Virus record (IMG/VR): IMGVR_UViG_3300042997_001098 | Coordinates: 1 to 31,940 of that record | DNA from: a virus | Lineage: Duplodnaviria > Caudoviricetes | Length of the DNA stretch: 31,940 bases | Reading direction: 5' to 3' (one strand) | Shown here: positions 25,338 through 31,940 of the stretch, one piece after another | Layout: every line of letters starts with the position of its first letter | Position numbering within the stretch: position 1 is the stretch's first letter | Made by a program: the position numbers and the translations under genes | Notes under the pieces: generated by a model | The model's input: the letters and a program-made list of their open reading frames with translations, nothing else | Database searches by the model: none | What the model was told of the DNA's origin: nothing

Positions 25338-27338
25338 TCACTTGCTTGTTGCTCGGTAAGTTCCGTCCCAATTTGTGGGTTTACCTTCTTGTAATCTTTC
25401 AAGCATTGCATCATAGTACGGAATCATTTCTGGGCTTGCATTCTTGCAATAGTAAATTGACTTGATTGCATCGTCCCAATTTCCTGCATAATAACGCTCT
25501 AAGAATTCTCGGTGGAGTTCTGTTTCTGTTGCGAGGGTGAAGATTTTGACACCCTCCTTCTTGCCCTTAACCGCAATACAATCCAATTCAAAAATACTGT
25601 AAGTGTCGGATACTTGATTTGCAGTTTGAGGACCAAGAACGATACGCACGCCATAAGGCTTTGACTGACCTTCAAGCCTAGCTGCGAGATTGACATGATC
25701 ACCAAGACAAGTATAGTCAAAACGCTGGTCACTACCCATGTTGCCAACAACAACAACTCCAGTATTGATACCAAGACCCATGCCAAAGGCTGGAACACCT
25801 TCAGCGACAACTTCTTTATTGAATGCATCTAAACTATCCATCATTTCTAGTGCCGTCTTCACCGCCATCTTAGCGTGATTCGGTTCATCAACTGGTGCGT
25901 TCCAAAACGCCATTTGAGCATCACCAATATACTTATCAAGTGTGCCATTGTTCTCTATAATTTGTTTCGTCATAGCCGTCATGTAACGGTTCATGATCTT
26001 TGTCAATCCTTGAACGTCTTTACCGTAGTGCTCGGATATCGCAGTGAATCCTCGCACATCGGTGAACATTATTGAAAGTTCTCTTGATTCGCCACCAAGT
26101 TGTAGTAGTTCAGGATTTCGTTGGAGCTTTTCAACCAAAGCTGGTGAAAGGTAGGTTCCGAATTGCTTTTTGATTTGTAATTTTTGGCGTAGTTCAACCA
26201 AGAATTTGACAACGTAGCCGTGGAAAGAGACAAGGGTAACGGTAAGTATCGGCCACACAGCATCAACCAAATAGCCTGATCGTAAAAATAGTTCATGGCT
26301 TGTGTAGTATGCTGCACCGGCGAATAAGATTGCGAATATGTATCCATGTGTGAACCTAGTGAGTGCTAGTGTAATCAAACACACCAACACGATTGAAATC
26401 AATTCTGCACCAGTTGCCCAGTCTGGTCGTGATATGTTTGTTCCGCTTGCTACCGTGTCGAGGACAGAGGCTTGCAAGTGGTGTGGGTAGACTTCACCTC
26501 TTGCTGTTGCGACTGGATTGTTGAGTCCTCTGGCGGATAGTCCAACAATGACAATTTTACCACCGAAGTCTTTTGGCAAATTAGCCAAGGAATATTCGGG
26601 CGCTCGGGATGACCAATCCACCCAGACTCTACTGTAACTGTCTGTTGTGATTTTTCCAAACTGTGGAATTCTAACAGCTTCAATTGCTCCGTTGTTGATC
26701 TTGACTTGAAAGGAAGGGTCACCTGCTGCGACTCGCAGGGTTTCAAGTGAGATACTTGGATATAATTGCCCACCGATGTTGATGAGCATTGGGACTCTTC
26801 GGACAACGCCGTCAAGTTCAGGAATAGTGTTGACAATACCAATACCAGCAGCGTTTTCATTGATAACCTTTACGTTAGATAAAATGGAATCATACTTGAT
26901 TCCGGGATCACCTTCACCGATGATTGAAACGCCAGGTCTAAATGCATTGTTCTTTACCGTTGCGTCATCGATTGCTGTATGTGGAAATACAACAGGATAT
27001 TCTTTTAGAACAGGAAGTAATTTATTGTCTTCACCAAACCTATCACGATCAGGCATGAAGATATTAAGAACAACCAACCCAGCACCACGCCTATAAAGAT
27101 CAGCGACAATGGATGCATATTGTCCGCGAGGGAACGGGAACTGTCCTTGCTTCCGAATAGTTTCGTCATCTATGTTTACCACAGCGACTTGTTCGGACTC
27201 TGTGCTCTCTTTTGATGTTATAAGTTGGTCAAAATAACGCAACCTTGTGGATTCAACAAATGAAGGATCAGCAATTCTAACACCAATCAACAATATGAGT
27301 GTTATGATGGCTAGCCATGGCGATAGTAATCTCTTCAT
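25338..27338 (-). CDS. CHASE2-domain class III adenylate cyclase
   Basis: CHASE2 motifs ('VNIDDETI...GQFPFPR', 'DGVVRRVP'), three TM helices, 'F..YLSP.LV', and catalytic 'MFTDVRGFT', 'DKYIGDA', 'YTCLGDHVNLAARLEG'. Confidence 0.95.
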   Translation of the reverse strand: MKRLLSPWLAIITLILLIGVRIADPSFVESTRLRYFDQLITSKESTESEQVAVVNIDDETIRKQGQFPFPRGQYASIVADLYRRGAGLVVLNIFMPDRDRFGEDNKLLPVLKEYPVVFPHTAIDDATVKNNAFRPGVSIIGEGDPGIKYDSILSNVKVINENAAGIGIVNTIPELDGVVRRVPMLINIGGQLYPSISLETLRVAAGDPSFQVKINNGAIEAVRIPQFGKITTDSYSRVWVDWSSRAPEYSLANLPKDFGGKIVIVGLSARGLNNPVATARGEVYPHHLQASVLDTVASGTNISRPDWATGAELISIVLVCLITLALTRFTHGYIFAILFAGAAYYTSHELFLRSGYLVDAVWPILTVTLVSFHGYVVKFLVELRQKLQIKKQFGTYLSPALVEKLQRNPELLQLGGESRELSIMFTDVRGFTAISEHYGKDVQGLTKIMNRYMTAMTKQIIENNGTLDKYIGDAQMAFWNAPVDEPNHAKMAVKTALEMMDSLDAFNKEVVAEGVPAFGMGLGINTGVVVVGNMGSDQRFDYTCLGDHVNLAARLEGQSKPYGVRIVLGPQTANQVSDTYSIFELDCIAVKGKKEGVKIFTLATETELHREFLERYYAGNWDDAIKSIYYCKNASPEMIPYYDAMLERLQEGKPTNWDGTYRATSK

Positions 27339-28363
27339 TTTGAAACCTGTTTTATATAAATCCTGTTGGTCACATCGTCTTGATTTTTGACCGTAACTGT
27401 GGAACGATCTTGTATCAGGATGATTTCATAACCACGTTCTTTATTTATTAGTATCGTTGCAGCTTGAGTTATCTGCCTATCAATCTGCCATTTATCACCT
27501 TTGTCAATGACATACACTTGTGTTGCAGCATTGAAGCCTACTTTGAAAGTATTCATCAATAAAAAGTCCAATTCATTAGTCAAATAATCTGCATCTAGTG
27601 CATTGATGTTCAATTCATTGAACGATAAATCATCTTTCCAAACAGGAACATCAAGTGCATTACGATCAAGCTCAACAAATGCCAAAGGATCATTTGCTGT
27701 CAAATTATCTTCCAACATCTGCCGAATAACTTCTTTTGGTGGACTCACAATCAACATATTATCTATCGCAGACTCGGTCAACTTCAGCAACACAGGTTTC
27801 ATGGGTTTTACCTCAGACATGGAAACATGTGTTGCCTGAAATGCTTGCGTGAGTACAACCGATCCCATCGCGCTACTTACCTCAATCTCACCTATAGAAC
27901 CATCAGCGTTGGGTAAAAGAATTACCATAGATTGACCAATTTCGTCCACGGTCATAGTGAATGCTGTGCCGCGCACAGCAACAGTTGCAGTTGGTGTTTT
28001 TATATTGACATTTTTATTATTATCTTTCGCTATGCCACCCGAAGCATAGCGAACAGTGCCCAAAGCCACACGCATAGCAAGTTTGCCTGCGCCTTTCGAT
28101 TTTGGATCATACACAAAATCATCTATGACCAAACGTGAGTGTTCAGTCACACGGACTTTAGTGTCGTCTTCAAACGTAATTCCTATTACACCTCTAGCAG
28201 TTTGAATACTGTCCATAGCTTCAACGCCAACATTCATCTTGGCGTCTACTTTTGATTTGCTACGGACAATTTCTGCGCTACCTTTCTCCTCAGTAACTTT
28301 GCCGATTGATGCGTAAGAATTAGTGCTGAATAATAGTATGAGTAGTACCAGAACCTGTAACAT
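27335..28363 (-). CDS. FecR-domain secreted/periplasmic protein
   Basis: Signal peptide, 'D.IQT..G...I.F.D.T.V...EHS.L.ID.FVYDP' and 'I.TPTATVAVRGT.F'. Confidence 0.88.
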   Translation of the reverse strand: MLQVLVLLILLFSTNSYASIGKVTEEKGSAEIVRSKSKVDAKMNVGVEAMDSIQTARGVIGITFEDDTKVRVTEHSRLVIDDFVYDPKSKGAGKLAMRVALGTVRYASGGIAKDNNKNVNIKTPTATVAVRGTAFTMTVDEIGQSMVILLPNADGSIGEIEVSSAMGSVVLTQAFQATHVSMSEVKPMKPVLLKLTESAIDNMLIVSPPKEVIRQMLEDNLTANDPLAFVELDRNALDVPVWKDDLSFNELNINALDADYLTNELDFLLMNTFKVGFNAATQVYVIDKGDKWQIDRQITQAATILINKERGYEIILIQDRSTVTVKNQDDVTNRIYIKQVSK

Positions 28364-29027
28364 TTAGCGTCACTATGTTAGGAGTTGTTGTTCCATTCTG
28401 AGTGATTGAAACCACATTTTGTGAGCCAATGATTGTACTGGTTATCTTATGACCTGCGATCAGAGATGTGCCGTTTGCACCAGATTGCGTTGTCGTATAT
28501 GTGTTTGAATCGCCAGTAATTGTTATGTTGTTTTCAACATACTTACTGTTGATCGTGCTGGTGATTGCGTTACTGTTACCAACAGCAAGCAAATTGTATT
28601 GATAGTTTCCAGCATTTGCAGTTGAACCGAATGTCCAATTTGTGGTGTTGTTATCACCAGTCAATGTGAGATTCATTGTTCCTGCGTTTGTGCCAAAGTT
28701 GCCCATTGTCATTGTCGTGCTGTTTGTGCTTCCAGTTTGTGTGATGTTTGCAATTGAGTCACCGCCAATAAAATTGCCGACTATACTGTTGTTCATTCCG
28801 TCCTGAACAATAGTTAAGTTCATAGCGTTTCCGTCTATGATGAATGCTGGCGTAACAAGATCGCTCCGATCACCAACTTTGTTTCCTGAGCCTGTTTGTG
28901 TAATGCTGACTGTAGAATTGTCCGCATTCGTCTGATCAATATACACCGAATTGTCACCACTTGATTGTGCAAAAATGTTGGTGACGAATAATAAAGACAT
29001 GATACCTAAAAGTATTGTCTTTTTCAT
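28320..29027 (-). CDS. Curlin-like (CsgA/CsgB-type) repeat protein
   Basis: Signal peptide MKKTILL...IFA. Repeated x-Q-x-G-x-x-N strands (ITQTGSGN, IVQDGMNN, ITQTGSTN); rich in N/T/G/S. Follows csgG. Confidence 0.78.
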   Translation of the reverse strand: MKKTILLGIMSLLFVTNIFAQSSGDNSVYIDQTNADNSTVSITQTGSGNKVGDRSDLVTPAFIIDGNAMNLTIVQDGMNNSIVGNFIGGDSIANITQTGSTNSTTMTMGNFGTNAGTMNLTLTGDNNTTNWTFGSTANAGNYQYNLLAVGNSNAITSTINSKYVENNITITGDSNTYTTTQSGANGTSLIAGHKITSTIIGSQNVVSITQNGTTTPNIVTLNVTGSGTTHTIIQH

Positions 29028-29032
29028 TGGAT

Positions 29033-29830
29033 TTATTCTCCTAATTGTAGTTGTTTGAATTGCCAAAGTCCTTTTCGCTGTCCCTGATATACCAGTTCTT
29101 CAACAGCCAAATCTATTGCTGCTTTTACTGCATATATTCCAGGTTCAGTGGATGTGCTACCTATCTCGGCCTCAAAAGAGGTTCTTCCTTGGTCATAAAA
29201 TTTGAATGTCGATAATGACGTTGCAACACTCAGAATTGTTTTCTGTGTATTGACTGTCAATATGACTTCACCTGTTTGTACGTTTACCGCTCTAAGTGAG
29301 ACTGTAACCATATCTTCTTGATACTGTGTCATTGGTCCGATGCCAAGATATCTTACGCCGAAACCACCTGTTCGTTTGTTTGTATCATACGAAACAATTG
29401 ATCCTTCAATAATCATACCTGCATACAATATAGGACGAAGTATGTTTGGTTCCCTAGCTTCATCTCTTGCACTACGAATCAGTTGGCGTTCTTTCAATAA
29501 GTTGTCCAAACCAACACGCTCAACAATTCTAAACCATTTGCCATCACCAACATCAGATAATGCTTTCAATAATAAAGACTCAGCACCCTGTGTTACTGCG
29601 GAAGAAAGTTTAGCAATCGTTGCACTGTCCTTTCTCTGTCCCGTCTTATCAGTGAATGCATACACAGCAACAACGATTGGCTGTCCTGACTCAGGCTCAG
29701 GAAACGGAACCTTGAATTTAGTTGGTGCCACTTGCTCGGCTTCTTTGGCCTCAAACTGAATTGGCCATGATGCGCAGCCAGTCAATGCAAGCACCATAAA
29801 AGCTGCTAATATAATTTTTATAAGTGTCAT
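29033..29830 (-). CDS. csgG: Curli secretion outer-membrane lipoprotein CsgG
   Basis: Lipobox LTGC, 'VAVY.F.D.TGQRK', 'S.AVTQG', 'WF..VER.GL.NLLKERQLIR' and 'YDTN..TGG.G.RYLGIG...QY..D.VTVSLRAV.V.TGE'. Confidence 0.93.
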   Translation of the reverse strand: MTLIKIILAAFMVLALTGCASWPIQFEAKEAEQVAPTKFKVPFPEPESGQPIVVAVYAFTDKTGQRKDSATIAKLSSAVTQGAESLLLKALSDVGDGKWFRIVERVGLDNLLKERQLIRSARDEAREPNILRPILYAGMIIEGSIVSYDTNKRTGGFGVRYLGIGPMTQYQEDMVTVSLRAVNVQTGEVILTVNTQKTILSVATSLSTFKFYDQGRTSFEAEIGSTSTEPGIYAVKAAIDLAVEELVYQGQRKGLWQFKQLQLGE

Positions 29831-30267
29831 TAGAATTTGAATTGGCCAACTGGAATTATAATCTCAGTCACAGAACCGTCCGAAGAGGTTACCATCAAAT
29901 TTATGTCACTATCAGTTTTGAAATATTTTATTGTGTTGTCACCCACGGTGACTTGCCCAGAATCCTGCGGATTTTCGCCGAAAAGATTATTTACTAGCTG
30001 AGAAGAAAGTTGAGCATATACTCGGCTTTCAAAGTTATTCAGGAATTTCTGGAGATTCGTATTCTTAGCCTCGGCCGCAGCGTCTTTTGCGACCTGCAGT
30101 TTTGCTGCATCCGCAGCGTCTCGGCGCGTTCGCTCAGTATTTTCTATAGTCTGAACGTGAGAGGAATAGCCGATACCAGTAAAAGCTGGAGACTTGAACT
30201 GGAAAGCTAATTGTGCATGTGTCGGAATGACCATACACATAAATAGAAAAAATATTACACTCTTCAT
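29830..30267 (-). CDS. csgF: Curli assembly component CsgF
   Basis: Start reassigned to MKSVIF (signal peptide). Mature 'L.FQFKSPAF.G', 'F....ESR.YAQLS' and 'DG..TEI.IP'. Coupled to csgG. Confidence 0.85.
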   Translation of the reverse strand: MKSVIFFLFMCMVIPTHAQLAFQFKSPAFTGIGYSSHVQTIENTERTRRDAADAAKLQVAKDAAAEAKNTNLQKFLNNFESRVYAQLSSQLVNNLFGENPQDSGQVTVGDNTIKYFKTDSDINLMVTSSDGSVTEIIIPVGQFKF

Positions 30268-30272
30268 GTTTG

Positions 30273-30293
30273 TATTTATGTAAATCATAAATA
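30273..30293. promoter_or_regulatory. Divergent pair of late-type promoters (ATAAATA)
   Basis: Minus-strand CATAAATA 5 nt before the csgF ATG. Plus-strand ATAAATA at 30287-30293 before the 83-aa ORF. Confidence 0.65.
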
Positions 30294-30325
30294 CAACAAA
30301 ACTGGTAATAATAACAGGAGAAACT

Positions 30326-30577
30326 ATGTCCGTAAACGATTTCGCATTTTCAGAAACAACAACCGAAGGATTCTTCAATGAATTTGAGCAAGATTTGGTG
30401 CAACAAATCCAGTCAAATGGCTCAGGTGTGTATAAACTGACCCAGGACAAGCAAGGACAATTCAAAGCGGCCGAAGTTGTGACCGAAGTGTCTGAGGCTG
30501 GTGCAGAATTGGCTGATGGTAGAGTAACCATCATTGGTGACGAAACTGACTATTTGTACGTCAAGTTTGTAGTTTGA
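30326..30577 (+). CDS. Acidic hypothetical protein
   Basis: AGGAG SD and a late-type promoter upstream. Confidence 0.75.
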   Translation: MSVNDFAFSETTTEGFFNEFEQDLVQQIQSNGSGVYKLTQDKQGQFKAAEVVTEVSEAGAELADGRVTIIGDETDYLYVKFVV

Positions 30578-30579
30578 TT

Positions 30580-30654
30580 TGGTCCGGCGTAGAGGAATCG
30601 AACCTCTATTAGTGCTTTAGAAGAGCATTTTCTTTTCCATTAGAAGAACGCCAG
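30580..30654 (-). tRNA. tRNA-Arg(UCU)
   Basis: Acceptor stem CTGGCGT/ACGCCGG, D-stem TTCT/AGAA, anticodon loop CT-TCT-AA, T-arm AGAGG-TTCGATT-CCTCT, and an encoded CCA. Confidence 0.9.
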
Positions 30655-30655
30655 T

Positions 30656-30737
30656 CATTTTGAAATACACTAACGGACATAGCCTATTGGATGCGGCCTG
30701 CCTAACTGAACCAACTTCAGCAATGTATTTCAAAATG
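30656..30737 (-). ncRNA. Putative structured RNA/spacer
   Basis: Perfect 14-bp inverted repeat CATTTTGAAATACA/TGTATTTCAAAATG enclosing two hairpins. Confidence 0.4.
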
Positions 30738-30756
30738 GAGACTCGTTTGAGTCTCC
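30737..30756 (-). terminator. Hairpin after the vWA gene (weak terminator or processing site)
   Basis: GGAGACTC-AAAC-GAGTCTCC followed by ATTTT. Confidence 0.55.
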
Positions 30757-30767
30757 CGCAATATTTA

Positions 30768-31940
30768 TTACAATACTGCGTATCGGTCACTCATGATGGT
30801 TTTCAACATCACGGACTCTGGTGTAAAGTCTTCCAAATCACCTGCAAGCAATGGCTTGACAACTGCTGGAGAGAAACCAGACACAAGTGCGGTGCCAGAC
30901 TTGTCAAACTTCACAGGCGAGTTGCCATATGAAGCATTCAAGTTCCAGAACACAACCTTTGGCAAGGTGTATCCTGCGGCTTCGTACTTTCGTGCGATCA
31001 TTTGGATAGCAGAATCATCGTGGTTCACACATTGATTGAACTGCATATCTGACAGAATCAATACCATTTCTGGCATTTCATTCTGTGGAACACCGGCACC
31101 TACTGCGGTAGCAAGAATTTTTGCAAATGCCTTGTTCAAGTCGGTGCTCATTTGCCAGGTAGACTTGATCATTTGATCAATCTTTTGGTTTATGTTACCT
31201 TTCAGATGCAACAACTCAGGGTTAGATGAGAAGGTCAAGAATGTATCCTTGAACTTACCAGTGTTCTTGTCTGCAAGATACAATCCCAAAGAGACTGCAA
31301 CTTCCATACATGACAACTTGCTGTTTGAACCGTGTCCACCAGCTGGGGTTGACATAGAACCAGAAACGTCCACCAGAGGTAGGATGTTTCCATCGCCAAC
31401 GTAGTTTGGCAGTGCTTCCCATTGCTTTTGGATCAAGTCCAATTCAGTCTTGTCAAACTTCACTCCGTAGGAGTTGATACGACCCTTCAACACATCGTAT
31501 GGATACACAGCGCCAGCGTTGACTTTTACTTCAACGGTGCGATCTTTTGGATCCTTCATCAACTCAGCAACATACTTACCATATTCTGGTGTGTTACGGT
31601 TGAATGCTTTCTTGTATCGTGCTGATGCAACTGATGGTACGTGTGAGAAGTTGATGGTGTCCCATTCCTTAGCACACATTTGAGTTTCAACAACTTTGGT
31701 CATTTCAACCAAAGACTTACGGTAAAACTTAGGCGACATGCCGAAGAACTTACGAACTTCAACAGCGATTGGACCTTGACGAGGTGTCCACTTTGCAGCC
31801 AAACCATTCTTGGCGCGCAATGCATCGCCCAGCATAGTGTAAGCAGCTTCCTTCATCTCTTTGGTATCAAAGATAAAGATATCGTCCCAACGCCCCAATT
31901 CAGGGACTTTGTGTAACAAAGCCTTAGCAGCTACGGTGTC
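30768..31940 (-). CDS. DUF2828-type TROVE-like/vWA protein, N-terminus outside the window
   Basis: 'GRWDD', 'AAKW.PR', 'VVE..MC', MIDAS 'DVSGSM', 'SDMQF' and 'VFWNL'. The frame is open to the window end. Confidence 0.85.
   Translation of the reverse strand, partial: DTVAAKALLHKVPELGRWDDIFIFDTKEMKEAAYTMLGDALRAKNGLAAKWTPRQGPIAVEVRKFFGMSPKFYRKSLVEMTKVVETQMCAKEWDTINFSHVPSVASARYKKAFNRNTPEYGKYVAELMKDPKDRTVEVKVNAGAVYPYDVLKGRINSYGVKFDKTELDLIQKQWEALPNYVGDGNILPLVDVSGSMSTPAGGHGSNSKLSCMEVAVSLGLYLADKNTGKFKDTFLTFSSNPELLHLKGNINQKIDQMIKSTWQMSTDLNKAFAKILATAVGAGVPQNEMPEMVLILSDMQFNQCVNHDDSAIQMIARKYEAAGYTLPKVVFWNLNASYGNSPVKFDKSGTALVSGFSPAVVKPLLAGDLEDFTPESVMLKTIMSDRYAVL

Noticed and set aside
29830-30534. 234-aa version of csgF
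   Set aside because: The extension is antisense to the 30326-30577 gene. The signal peptide and promoter support a start at 30267.
30656-30737. Hammerhead ribozyme or second tRNA
   Set aside because: The CUGANGA/GAAA core is not correctly placed, and there is no T-loop or CCA-ended cloverleaf.
322-31916. Numerous 60-180 aa antisense or alternate-frame ORFs in the track
   Set aside because: They lie within well-supported genes and lack SDs or recognisable motifs.

Overview
A 31.9-kb segment of a T4-like myovirus genome. The host is probably a betaproteobacterium, inferred from the tmRNA tag and gene permutation. In order, the window holds: a baseplate/tail module (truncated hub-like gene, gp53, gp48, gp4, gp2, gp54-like, gp26, gp51, tape-measure-like protein); a replication/transcription block (gp32, HAD nucleotidase, gp59, gp33, dsbA, AAA ATPase, SleB-like hydrolase); a GIY-YIG homing endonuclease abutting a circularly permuted two-piece tmRNA; a ~2-kb mosaic island of gene fragments and GC-rich tail-fibre genes bracketed by a 13-bp direct repeat; exonuclease, phoH, a DenV-like gene, early hypotheticals with sigma70-type promoters, clpP and rnh; two paralogous small membrane proteins; a late-promoter operon csgF-csgG-curlin-FecR-CHASE2 adenylate cyclase; tRNA-Arg(UCU); a structured spacer; and a truncated DUF2828-type vWA gene. 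The most notable signals are the curli-secretion/cyclase operon, a candidate -1 frameshift fusing gp26 to gp51, the permuted tmRNA and the fragment island. All family assignments come from motif recognition by eye; no searches were run.
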